A stretch of 64,000 nucleotides of DNA from Macrostomum lignano (Eukaryota): contig NIVC01000029.1 in the NCBI GenBank assembly GCA_002269645.1, positions 1,240,001-1,304,000 of the forward strand, written 5' to 3'. The position numbers and the translations under genes are program-made. Shown here in pieces: positions 35,901-49,300 of this stretch (the stretch's first letter is position 1; the number at the start of each line of letters is the position of its first letter). The notes under the pieces are model-generated. The model saw only the letters and a list, made by a program, of their open reading frames with translations, did no database searches and was not told the DNA's origin.

Positions 35901-38746
35901 CTCGAGCTTTAAATGCCGTTTCTCTGGCGCGCAGCGATTGCTGTTCTTTACTAGCGGACGCTTCTAATCTGCGCAGCTCTGCGTCGGCGGCTTGTGAACG
36001 CTTGCGCAACTGGGCGCACAATTCCAATGCGCGACGGGCGTCAAGACGGAGCCTGGAATCAAGGTCCAAACGTGTAGTTAGTTCTTAATGACATTTAAAA
36101 TCGCTTAATCACAGGAATAAACTAGAAATGGCGAACCAGCATACCATCCACGTCCCTTCATTGGATAAGTAAATTATCTATATTAAGATATGACATCGGA
36201 TTTGTAGATGTACAAATGGCCGCAGGACTTCATTCAGCTATTATTAGAACGGACAACTATGTGAAAGCCTCAAATGAATTTCACTTTTGATTAATAACCA
36301 GAAAGAAGGGACCTGGATGGGTTGTCTCGGCGTTTCTAGTCGACTCGTTCAGATTCTGTCTTGTGCTTCACTCCGATACTTAGGATGGCATACCCTTTCT
36401 CATCTTTGACAGAAGCAACTAACCCTATGTTTTTCTAAAAGCAGACAATTTCCAGAAAATGTCTTTCTGCAACTATCGTTTCTACGGCTGTAAACAGTTT
36501 AAAAAACCTTCTCACCTGGCTGCAGCATTCCGTTTTTCATTAAGCTCGGCGATTCTCTGGGCTAATTTTTCCCGCCTTTGCTGCAACTCCTGCCTACCAG
36601 CTGCCAGTCCAACGCGCAGTCTGGTGGCCCTATCGCGGACACTGTGTCGCAGCGACTGTAGACGAGCGCGATCATCAACTGGGACTGCAGCTACAGGAGG
36701 CGCAACCAAGCGACTTTTCTTAGCCGGTTTCAGAGCTTCCGATTCTGATTCAGTCGAATCAGAGTCTGAATCGCCTAAACAAATCACAAATCGACGCGTT
36801 GGTACGCCAGTAGAACTACTAGTTTTCAATTCTTGCGAACTTAAACCAACAACTCGACGACGATTTTGCTGTTGCTGCTGCTGTTGCGAAGATGTCGTTG
36901 GAATGGTTAGAACGTTTGGAGCGGAGGCCACTGTGGTCAAATTCAGGTGAGACTGCCTCTTATTAAGTGAGGTAGGGGAGGCTGACTTCTTCAATGAGCC
37001 ATTGAAATTTCCTGCCAATAAACCTGATTTTGGAGCATCTTTAGTTAATAAAGGAACTTCTGCTGCTTTTAATACTTCATTCGCACATTGTTCAGCTGGA
37101 CTATTGTCTGACTGAAATTCTGTCACAGTTTCAATGCGAGTTTCCTGTTTCTGATCTTTAAAACTTTGTGAAGAAACAACTTCCGTCATCGATGCGATTC
37201 GAGGATGAGCAGCTTGCTTAAAATTCTGAAGAGCTGAATCTACTGTTGCGGATAAAGGATCAGCGTGATCAATTAAATCAGAAGTGCCATCCTCCTTCGG
37301 AAAGTCTGTTACAGATGCAAATTGCGAATGAGCTACTTCGTCTAAAATTCTTGGAGTAGATAATTCCTCCTCTGACGCAAGCTTAGTAAGATTCTCTTGA
37401 TTGAACTCATCTTGTTTAGTTGGTTCCTCAATATTCTGGTCCTTGGTTGACACTAAAGATTTTGCATTATCTGCATCGTCAACTGCAGCTGAACTGACAG
37501 CAACTTTATTTGATGCGGATTCTTTAGCAGAAGCTCTGGCTCGCAAATTGCTAATTAAGAGTTCGCGCAAAGCCAACAATTCTTCCTCGTCATCTTCATC
37601 TGCATTCTGTGCATTGTCATTGACAGCGGCATCATCATTGGTCTCTGATTCAACAGCATTTGGTCCTTTATCAAGATTTTCTAAAGCGTCCTCGCACTCG
37701 TCAACTACAACCCATTCGGCTAAATCGGCAAGGCGGGCCAGTTCATTATCGAACTCTTGATTCGAGTCCGGACTATGAACATTATCGGAACAGTATTCGC
37801 CTTCTTCCAACTCTAAGTCTGCTTCATCTGGCAGCTGACGCTCTGGACTAGGCGGGATAGGCATCTGCAGTACAGCATGATCAAGTTCTGTACCAATCAT
37901 ATCCGAATCTGGCAATACAGGAGATGGAGAGTCTACTACATCCATATCGTCGTCTTCTTTCTCGTGAGTTTCATCTTTGAGCAAGTCTTTGTCATTAACA
38001 GAGTTAGCATTAGCAGCTGCTGCTCTACGTTCTCTTGCACTTTCTAATGCAGCCTCGCGCAATTGCAACAGAGTAGCGTCGCTCTCAATATAAAAATCGC
38101 ACTGACTTTGGTTACTATTGCTAGACACTGTCTCACCATCCGACATAGCTGGCGGCGGCTCGGCATTAGTATCGTCTGGATCGATCAGTGCAGGCAATGG
38201 CAGCGAAGGATCGTAAGCGGCTGTAGCAGCGTCTGGTTAGGCGAGTAAATTAAAGATTTATGATATATTATTTACCATACTACAGATAGATAAAGCTAGG
38301 CTATATTTCTGTGTCATACGCTTGTATTATGTGTCAAAACCATTCAATTTAGACTCTATTTCTTTTTTTAGTTCCTATTGTATCCGAATTTCATTTAAAT
38401 AATTTTATAAAAATTAGGATTCTAGAAATTTCAAGACGTCTATGAATTTGATAATTCGATTGAGTAATCTGTAAACCTGGTGTGCTCACTTCTGCAAGTT
38501 CTGTGGCTCACAGCTTGGTGTGAGTATTGCATTCGATTTTGAACTTTTGACTGATAACAGCTGGCATTGTGGTTTTCAATTTAGCATCCATAATTTTTGC
38601 AGTATAAATAACTGAGATCTCACAGATGACACATTACTAACAGTAGTGTATATATAAGATAGCAAATACAAATAGCAGATTAAAAACACAAGTCAGAAAT
38701 TACCTAACATCCTGCTGCTAGATTTCACCTCCTCATCCACATCCAT
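29914..38746 (-). CDS. ZFC3H1: Zinc finger C3H1 domain-containing protein (PAXT adaptor ZFC3H1-like); exons 38746-38704, 38232-36516, 36052-35420, unresolved exons ~35.1-34.4 kb, ~34401-33631, ~33195-32050, 31193-31022, 30230-30213, 29983-29914
   Basis: zf-C3H1 PLCPFGLHGSCRDPSCEYQHL; ELEEGE acidic motif; LLALRELLISNLRAR coil; FVICLGDSDSD segment; C-terminal HAT-like LLERGLQLLPLCRRLWL. The internal exon model is incomplete. Confidence 0.8.
30300..30922. repeat. 21-bp minisatellite ATGATTACCGAATTACCCCAT
   Basis: Tandem copies in a ZFC3H1 intron. Confidence 0.95.
31345..32035. repeat. 60-bp minisatellite GGGGATAAAAATCCCAATAGCTACAAGGATTGAGGATCCTACAAGGCCCCTAGGAACAAT
   Basis: About 11 copies in a ZFC3H1 intron. 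Confidence 0.92.
33240..33600. repeat. Degenerate TAGTACA/GTACAC low-complexity tract
   Basis: Dense short motif repeats in a ZFC3H1 intron. Confidence 0.7.
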
Positions 38747-40846
38747 GCAAGATGTTCAGCCACAAAGTATGCTTTGCTTACATGGCATGAAAATAGTTCG
38801 TATTTCAAGAGTTGTTACATATCTTACACGTTGAAAAATAATTAATATTAAAAGCAAAACTTAAAATAGAAATAAAATATATATTTCTGAAAATTATTGC
38901 AAATTGGTGATATCTTAAAGAGATCTTATATGTATTGTTAACATGACATATTAAGAATACTATCCTAAAAAGATTTTAGATTAAAAAGAATCTCAACTAT
39001 GATCCTTTTAGACAATTTTGAAAAGTGTGATATTTCAAAGCGTGAAGAACAAGCATAAACACACTTCCAACAAACTTAATGTCTAGTGATTAAGGATGAT
39101 TTAAATAGGAAATTAAAAAAGATAGTAAACAAATAAACAACTAAAAAGCGGATTTAATAAACTGCTAGTATATCTGTTTCAGTTTGCATAACTGTTTTAG
39201 CTATTCATGACTTAATATATTTTAGCTACACCAGTGAGCTCTTTTCTGACTCTTATTTCATTTGTAGCATATCCTATCTTGTGTATTTGTTTTTCATTTA
39301 AGAGGTATTGACAGAAGTATTTCTTGATCTCTTCAGTTTGTGGACATTTGGTCAAATAGTATAGGATATCAGAACCATTTCTCACTCCACACAGTCTACA
39401 TGCTTCTTGAGAAAAAATGTTAGGTGTATAGCACATAAGTTGTATCTACAAAACAATTTCTCAACTAATTTGAGCATCATTTGGGTTTCTACTTTCTATT
39501 TCTAGCTTATATGAATAAAATTGCATTGATAAAATAGTTGAAGTTACATCACATGTAATTGTTAGTTATATATACATACTAAACTATACTCTCTCCACTT
39601 GGATTAGGACTATATACGCTACACTGGTGCTTCTCGCTGCCCCTAACACAGACCACCTTATGGCTTATATATACATAATATACACAGAGACTCAGACTCA
39701 GAGTCAGAACCCAATCCACACCCCACCCCCATTTTCCTTTTCCTTCCAAAAATTCTCTCAAAACTGTTCAAGTGTTAAACTATGCTAATTGCAAGACAAA
39801 AAATATTCACTTCTGCAGTGTAAATTCCAATCCCATGTTTACCGGGATCCCGGACCCCTAGGCCTAATCCTGGGATCCTGAACACTAGGCCTAACAAAAA
39901 GCCAGGATCCCGTGATCTTGGGATTGGGACCCCTAGGCAAAATAATAAGAAATGACCATAGTCAGGATTATGGCATGCCTGCACTGGAATGAATCCTAGG
40001 CCTATGCCCTATCAAAAAAGTTTGAATGAGCTGTACCTGTAGGCCTATGCTAGAACAAATCTTATTAAAAAAGTTTGCTTGCACGTTGCACCATGCACCA
40101 GAACTGTTCCAATCAAAAAAGTTTGCTCGCAACTTTACAGCAACTTTTTGAATGCAAAAATCTATTTTGATGCAAAAATCTATAAATTTCTATTTCAAAA
40201 AATACCACTAAAACTTGTATTAGTTTCATGCTCCAGTTTACCTATTTGACGTGAAATTAGGACAAAAAGACAAGTTACGTGATACCATTCTTAGGCCATT
40301 CTAAACAATGAAAATCAATCCTCCTAATTTAAATCTTAGGCTATAGAAAATCGAGAAGAAAAATGAGGCCGGGCTCTATATTGTATTAATTCAATGCATT
40401 TAAATAGGTGCGGTAAGTTTATGAATTTTTGTTACGAAATTCCTAACGATTTAAAAAACGTTTCTGACATAAAAATGAATATACATAGGGTATTTATAAG
40501 CTTGAAAGCAGCAAGAACTAATTTATTAAATGCTCTAAATGTAACTAGCCAACTATTTTTCATCGAATACAAAATCATAGGATCTGTCACTTATTCTAAC
40601 TTTCTATTTACTTTTTACTAATTAGCATCTTTACAAGTCCGTTAAGTTTTTTTCTCGTGTGAATATTATTACGAATGGCGTCAGCCATCAGTTCATTTTA
40701 TTTAATTATTACGTAAAGTTAATTTGCCTGCCTAATAATTAAATGGCTTACAAAGCGCAGGCGATAAAATAAATCATCACTTTGCGGGGTTGGTTTGTAG
40801 ACTAGACTTGTATTTCTTTGAGACTTAAGAGTTGTGCTCCTTGCAT

Positions 40847-41209
40847 TTTTTATTAGAGGCAGGGGGGTTGTGTGCACCCTGGCGCACTTTAAGCGACATC
40901 AACACACAACCGGCGAGAGGCATTACTGCCCATTCCGCCGACTCCCCTGAGCAGGCATACAAGCGTGCGGATACGTACTCAGGCACACACACAGGAGTGT
41001 ACAGCGGCCCCAACTTTATTTTATCGTTAGGCATGTACACTTCACTGTGCCTTGAGGGGTTGGCTCTCAGTCTCAAGGCCGTTAATTGCACGAGCAGAGC
41101 CAAGCCGAGATTCCAATTCAGCCCCAAATTAATGTGACTGCACTTGGAATCGAGCCTAGGGTCGCTGGCACACCAGAGCCTGCGCTAGACCGCTGGGCTA
41201 CGGCCCCCC
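40847..41209 (-). mobile_element. Full-length ~360-bp tRNA-derived SINE with 13-bp TSD
   Basis: Head GGGGGGCCGTAGCCCAGCGG (A box)...GGCTCGATTCC (B box); tail AATAAAAAA; exact flanking repeat GTGCTCCTTGCAT at 40834-40846 and 41210-41222. Confidence 0.85.
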
Positions 41210-43366
41210 GTGCTCCTTGCATAGTAGAGTATTATTGTTAGAACTTCACCTCACATTGTGATTTTTAATGTACTATGTACATACCAAGTTCCAAGCCCTA
41301 GACACTTCCAAGTGATGAATATAATTACCTGATTTCTACGAGGTCTTTAGTATAGTGTTACATTTACTTTTTGAATTTAGGTTGTAATTACCTATAATAA
41401 CATATTGTAACGTTAAATTAAGCTAAGATCCAACAGAGATAAATAGCTCAGTCAATTAAGAATTCATATTAAGCACACTTTGATTGCGAAATGGTGTGTA
41501 GATTATAAAAATTAATATATGTATATTTATGTTCGTATTTAAAGAATAATAAATATGCATATATAACAATTTTATTATAGATCGCTGTCTGGAATTTAAC
41601 AAAGGAAAAGAAAACAAAAATATATAATTTAAGCCTAATTAAATAATATAATAAAATAAGGAATTACAGCAACAAAAAGGCTTATAACATAGTTATAAGC
41701 AGCCTATTCGCACACAAGAAGCAAGAAGCATTTCAACTACTGTAAAATGACAAAATCCTTCTACAGTATTGGCGTGTTGCACCAATAATCAATATAAACG
41801 GATTCATGCATAATTGGCATTAATAAATTTCAGATGTGCGCAGATCACGATAGCAGATCTCATTAAATTAGAGGTGCTGAAACAATTGGCTGCAAATCTG
41901 AATTACAATACCTGTTTTTTTTATATAAAAAACAACAAAAACAAGCAAAGAAAAAACTCATTTGATTTTAAGTTAAAGATTCCATGCGAGATAGAAAATA
42001 TTCAATATTTAAAAAAATCATAATTTGTCATGTCTAGGAGCTTAATAATCAACTTCTGGCGTGGTTTTTTATTTCTCGTAAAAAATATTTTCCAAAAATT
42101 TTTGTTCAAACCAATTTAAGGCGGGATATTAAGATACAATAATATAAAGGAAATATTAGTACGAGTGAAAACGGAACAGCCCCATGAAATACTTGAATTA
42201 GTTAATTGCCAGTCCTAATTAACTACAAATAGTGCATAAAGTAGAAACGCCAACTTAACCCTACAAAATATACACAATATCGGAAGGGATTTGAAAAAAC
42301 CCTGCTGGTGCTGAGTAAACAATGAGAAAAAACACATGCAGAGAGAATGAAAAACATGAGAAAAATGTGAGAAGTGAGCAAACTGTTACACCGAATTCTG
42401 TCGGAATTTTGTATCTTTTATTGGAATTAATTTTTCATAAACTGGTTAAAACTACAATTGATAACATTATTGGAATCAGAGTCAGCGAAACATGACTTGG
42501 ATTTATCAACTTGAAAATTTTGATGCCTACTATAGAGAAATTTCAACATAGAATATTTTAGTTGCTATACAATATTTTAATAAATAGAAAATATGGAATT
42601 CGTTTAATTACAGTCAATCCAGTTACTGTTCGAGGAATGAAGGTAACACAAGTCTAGATAAATTTTAAACAAAAAATAAAGTACAATAAAATGTTCTTCA
42701 CTAATGTAGTTACTAGTGTTTACTAATAAATAAGAATATAATCACTATCGTCATTTACAGTTCAGTTAATTAACCCAAAATATGAGAAAGATTATAACTG
42801 ATTTTATTTAATCTAGCCAGACTAAATAGAAGCACACGGTTGTTGGTGAGAAAGCACTATTATGTTAAACAAACATAATTTGTCAATAATTAATAAGTCA
42901 TCGCGATTTACTAGCTAATTCTGTAGCGATATAAATAAACTCCATGCAAATGAAGAGTTGAAACAAGCGCTTAGTGAACAAAACAATTCTTTTTAAAATG
43001 GTTCGACACAACTTTAAAAAAATTGTGCACAATTATTATTGGTTAAATTATTGAAGCTGGCTAATGTAATTTAATTTCATACCGGCGAGGGAGAGACACG
43101 AGTCGAGCGAGAATATAAATATACAAGAATTCAAACATTTCGTTGGAGAAAACGTACTGTTAGTATTCGAAATTAAGCAAAAGAATAAAAAAATAAGTTA
43201 CAAAGAGGGAATACGTTGTTCATACACTGCATGCACGTGTAACAAACTTAATACGATTTTTGCCATAAATATATATAGTTAATCATCAACAATTATTAAT
43301 ATATAACATTAACAATTCAGTGTACTAAAGATCCGTATGATACTTAAGCTTTGGCAAATATAGCGA

Positions 43367-46300
43367 TCAATTGTTCCTGAAGTTGAACACCTTCTTGATT
43401 CCTCGGCTGCCGCCACCGCCGCCGCCGCCACTGCGAGATCGTCGACGTTCGGCCTCGCGCAGCACTGTCTTTAAAAGTCGCTGATCGGATTTCGACGCGC
43501 TTAGTTGTTGCTTCAACGCCGACGCGTCCATGGCAACCAAGCTACGACCGGTGACGCCGCGTTCCAAAGCACTTGAGGCCAACTGATGAAGGCCGTTGGC
43601 TCGCAGCCAAGCAGCCAGCGGTTCCGCATCCAACGCGGCGACGCCACCTTCTGGCAGAGCGACAGACGCCGCGGCAGCCGACGAAGAGGACACATCGTAG
43701 GAGCCGCTGGTGCCAGCTTCGTCGTCGAATTCGTCTAGCGCACTTGGAAGGTCTCCACCGGCAGCACCGCCGCCACCGCCGCTGAAGCCACCGACTCCAT
43801 CGTCGTCGCCAAATCGACGAGCAGAGATTAGCATGACGCCGCCGCTGCTGCTACCAGAGGAAGACTTTGATGAAGCGGCCGCGGCAGCTGCGGCAGCAAT
43901 CGGATTAGGGCGGTACTGCTGAGTCTGAGACGGTAGCGAAGGTTGCGTAGCTTTACCGCCGCCACTAGCAGCACCAGCAGCAGCAGCAGCAGCAGGCCTG
44001 CGCAGAACCGTCCCAGTGTCAGTGGCCGAAGCCGAGGCAGCCCACCGATCAGCGTTGCTGCCATTCTCCTCCTCATCATCGCTGCTACCAGCTCCGTTGT
44101 CGTCTTGAGCGCCGTCGTCGGCTACTAGCTCGCCAGATTTCAACAATTTCAATTGATTGGAAGGCGGCCGGCGTTTGCTTAAACTGCCGTGAGCGGCCAG
44201 CTGGGCCCGATCGGTCAGGGCGGCGATGTGCGGGTCAGAGTACAGCTCAGCGTCGCCCTGCTGAGCCGACTGTTGCTGCTGCTGCTGTTGCTGACTAACC
44301 CGACGCAGCACTTCGTCGACGTAGAGCTCGCGTTCTTTCAGCTGCGTTTTAGCGCTGTCCCGTCGTCCATCGCTTCGCGTAGCAGCCGTTTCGCTTTGCG
44401 ATACTTTTTCTCCGCCTCGGATTGGGCCGCCTCCGCTTCGCGTCGTAATCGGGCGGATTCTTCAGCCTGACGCTGCAGCTGGGCCGAGCGGTCCCGTTCG
44501 GCTTCCAGCTGGCGACGGAGTTCGACAATTTCGCGAAGAGCTTCAGCTAACTCGGGCGATTCCTGCTGCGGTTGCTGATGAGTTTCCGTTACTAGGAATG
44601 ATGGAGGAGACTCCGGCGGAGGCGATGGAGCCGGCGGAGACGGGGACGCTGGACGCTGATGTTGAATAGAGTCTGTAGAATCTTGCGTATGGTTCGACAC
44701 GTTTACGTTCAGCTCCGAGCGGCCTTCTTGAAGCGCTTCGGAGCTCTGGCGCAGACGGTCCTGCCTGAGAAACGGTTAGGGATCGAGTGGGGTGCTGGTT
44801 TTATCATTGTCACTCTAAATCACTCGCCTCTCATTGTCACTCTGAATCACTCGCCTCTCATTGTCACTCTGAATGACTCACCTCTCATTGTCACTCTGAA
44901 TGACTTGCCTCTCATTGTCACTCTGAATGACTCACCTCTCATTGTCACTCTGAATGACTCACCTCTCATTGTCACTATGAATGACTTGCCTCTCATTGTC
45001 ACTCTAAATGACTCACCTCTCATTGTCACTCTGAATGACTCACCTCTCATTGTCACTCTGAATGACTCACCTCTCATTGTCACTCTGAATGACTCACCTC
45101 TCATTGTCACTCTGAATCACTCGCCTCTCATTGTCACTCTGAATGACTTGCCACTCATTGTCACTCTGAGAATCACTCGCCTCTCATTGTCACTCTACAC
45201 CAGCCTTTCATTTTCACTCTTCCTCAATTATCTCATTTTGACAGAGCATCGCAGTTCCATTATGCTTACAATTCGCCTCGCATTTTATCCAGAAACTGCT
45301 GATTTTGCTGCTCCTGCTGTTGCTGCTGCTGCTGCTGCTGCTGCTGTTGCTGACCCTGCTGCTGGCCATCAGTGGCACTCGAGCCGCGGTCGTCCAGGCT
45401 TCGCCGAATGAGCTTATGAATATCAGACGTGTCCGGATCGATAACCCGGCCCATGACGAAGTGCACGGTGCCCCTCGTAGCTTTCAACACTTCCGCGGCG
45501 AATGCTTGGCTCACGCCGACCAGGCTGACGCCGTCCACCTCAACGATCTGATCGCACACCTTGATGCGACCATCGCGCTCGGCGGCTCCGCCCGGAGTTA
45601 GCGCCTGCGAATTGGTGGTTCAAAATTTTCTCTCTCCCTCTCTATACATGAAAAAAATTAACGTGTTTACCTAAATGCAACTGTCTTCTACCTAAATCCC
45701 ACTGTCTTCTACCTAAATCCCACTGTGATCTACCTAAATCCCACTGTCTTCTACCTAAATCTCATTGTTTTCTATCTAAATCTCACTGTTTTCTATCCAA
45801 ATAAGTTTTCTACCTAAATCTCTGTCTTCTATCTAATTCTCACTGTCTTCTACCTGAATCTCACTGTCTTCTACCTGAATCTCACTATCTTCTACCAGAA
45901 TCTCACTGTCTTCTACCTGAATCTCACTATCTTCTACCAGAATCTCACTGTCTTCTACCAGAATCTCACTGTCTTCTACCTAAATCCCACTGTCTTCTAC
46001 CTAAATCCCACTGTCTTCTACCTAAATCTCATTGTTTTCTATCTAAATCTCACTGTTTTCTATCCAAATAAGTTTTCTACCTAAATCTCTGTCTTCTATC
46101 TAATTCTCACTGTCTTCTACCTGAATCTCACTGTCTTCTACCTGAATCTCACTGTCTTCTACTTGAATCTCACTGTCTTCTACCTGAATCTCACTGTCTT
46201 CTACCTGAATCTCACTGTCTTCTACTTGAATCTCACTGTCTTCTACCTGAATCCCACTGTCTTCTACCTAAATGCCACTGTCTTCTACCTAAATGCCACT

Positions 46301-49300
46301 GTCTTCTACCTAAATGCCACTGTCTTCTACCTGAATCTCACTGTCTTCTACCTGAATCTCACTGTCTTCTACCTGAATCTCACTGTCTTCTACCTGAATC
46401 TCACTACCTACTACCCATAATAACAATAAGATCCCATCCTTTATCGTTATCGATCTCAACTTTTATCTTCCAGTTTGTCAACCTTCATATTCTCATGCAT
46501 CTTGCCTTATCTGTAATTCTAATCCTTTAACTTAATTAGAAATTTTTACAAACTTTGAACGCAACAACACGCAAATCTCACCTTGATGAAGATTCCCAGC
46601 TTGTCAATGCCAGCCTCAGCGCCCATGCCCATGCCCAGTATGCTAATCCCCAGCCCGCCAGTTGCTCCTTTGTCCAGCTGCACTGGCACCATCTCCATCT
46701 TTTCTAATCGCTTCTCAAGCTCGTATTCGGCCGCCGCCTCGACTGGTCGAATATCGTCGTTGCGCCGATCGTAATCGTCCATAGCGTGCGCGCTGTACAC
46801 TCGAATCGGGGCCCGGCTGAATCGAATCCGCCGACGCTCGCCAGCGGCTGCCAGAGCTTCGGCGAGAGCTTCGCCTTCTTCTAATGGCAAACCTTCCGTG
46901 TCGTAATAGAATCGTTCATCATCGATAAAGTACAAAGTTCTACCGTCGGAATCTTCTACGGTGTACAGTGGCTCCAATGAAAAGCAAGCGGACGATTCGT
47001 CTGGTGACTTGTCGGGTTTTGCGGGATCTTGCTCGGCTGATGACTGCACCGGCTCGTCGCTTGTTGGCAAAGGAAATGCGGGCCTAGATTTGAATGTAAA
47101 TATACTTAGGGATTAGATTACCAAAAATAGATCTGAATTTTAATAACCTATTAATAACCTATTTATTAACACTTGTATATTGTATTTGAATAGAGAGTCA
47201 TTGTAATTAAAATAGTAAATCGAGCATTTAGCCATGACCATATGAGACACTTTTTTCTAAGAGTCATCAGTCAATGCTATGACCTCATATGAGACACAAG
47301 TTCCGATGAGTCATCAATCAATGATATGACCTCATATGAGACACAAGTTCCGATGAGTCATCAATCAATGATATGACCTCATATGAGACACAGGTTCCGA
47401 TGAGTCATCAATCAATGCTATGACCTCACATGAGACACAAGTTCCGATGAGTCATCAATCAGTGCTATGACCTCATATGAGACACTGTTTTCGAAGAGTC
47501 ATCAGTCAATGCTATAACCTCACATGAAACACTGTTTTCGAAGAGTCATCAGTCAATGCTATAACCTCATATGAGACACAAGTTCCGATGAGTCATCAAT
47601 CAATGCTATAACCTCACATGAGACACAAGTTCCGATGAGTCATCAATCAATGCTATAACCTCACATGAGACACAAGTTCCGATGAGTCATCAATCAATGC
47701 TATGACCTCACATGAGACACAGGTTCCGATGAGTCATCAATCAATGCTATGACCTCACATGAGACACAAGTTCATATGAGTCATCAATCAATGCTATGAC
47801 CTCACATGAGACACAAGTTCATATGAGTCATCAATCAATGCTATAACCTCACATGAGACACAAGTTCCGATAAGTCATCAATCAATGCTATGACCTCATA
47901 TGAGACACAAGTTCCGATATGTCATCAATCAATGCTATAACCTCACATGAGACACAGGTTCCGATGAGTCATCAGTCAATGCTATAAACTCACATGAGAC
48001 ACTGTTTTCGAAGAGTCATCAATCAATGCTATGACCTCACATGAGACACAGGTTCCGATGAGTCATCAGTCAATGCTATAAACTCACATGAGACACTGTT
48101 TTCGAAGAGTCATCAGTCAATGCTATAACCTCATATGAGACACAAGTTCCGATGAGTCATCAATCAATGCTATAACCTCACATGAGACACAAGTTCCGAT
48201 GAGTCATCAATCAATGCTATAACCTCACATGAGACACAAGTTCCGATGAGTCATCAATCAATGCTATGATCTCACATGAGACACAAGTTCCGATGAGTCA
48301 TCAATCAATGCTATAACCTCACATGAGACACAAGTTCCGATGAGTCATCAATCAATGCTATGATCTCACATGAGACACAAGTTCCGATGAGTCATCAATC
48401 AATGCTATGATCTCACATGAGACACAAGTTCCGATGAGTCATCAATCAATGCTATGATGTCACATGAGACACAAGTTCCGATGAGTCATCAATTACTGCT
48501 CAAGAGTCAGCGAAATGAGCAGTCTGTATTCATACCTGTTAGACTGACAAGGCTCAGCATTAGCGGCGGCAGTGCCAGCAGCAGTGTAATTCAGCCCAGT
48601 CTTGCCGCCAGTGGACAATTGAATTTGAGCTTCGGACCGTTTCGGATACGTGATTTCCCCATAATTTCCATTGTGCTGCTGCTGCTGGGCAACGGCGCTT
48701 GATAAACTGGATAAATCCGGCTCCTCTTTGTTAGACGAAGCAACTGAATTGGTTGGCGAGGATTCGCCTGAACGTCTGTAAAATGTGAAAAGAGTTGTAA
48801 AATATTGTAGAACACAGCATATGAAAATTTAAATGTTTAGGGTTAAAGGATAGTTTAAAGAAGTTCCAAAAACGTCAATTGAAATCAAGCCTACTCACTA
48901 CTACTGCCAACTACCACAGATACTTTATTAGAATGACTAAATGGGACACTCAGCACATGTGCGTGTAAGCTACTTTCAGTTCAGTAGTAAGTTAACAGAA
49001 GCATCTTAATGTATTTTAATGCCAAGGTTTATTTATTGACTCTTACCCCCCTTGCTGAAACCCTCCAACCGCGCCTTTCCACCCTACCCCCCCCCCTTCG
49101 CCCGACCCCAAGGCTGCCATGTACATTTCAGTGGACTGGCCAATGTACATTATTGCTGAACCAATTAGCAAGTTGTTTACGCCTGCAAGCTTGTGGGCTT
49201 CTAAAATCAAAGTCATTTCAACTGCATTTTTATAAAATAGCTTATGTATTCTTTCTTGCTACTGAACTGAAAGTAGAAAGCTGTTTTACTAAGTACTCGT

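Noticed and set aside
45668-46410. Repeated CAG/GTAG on the sense strand as recursive splice sites
   Set aside because: The units are purine-rich with no polypyrimidine tract and a weak donor.
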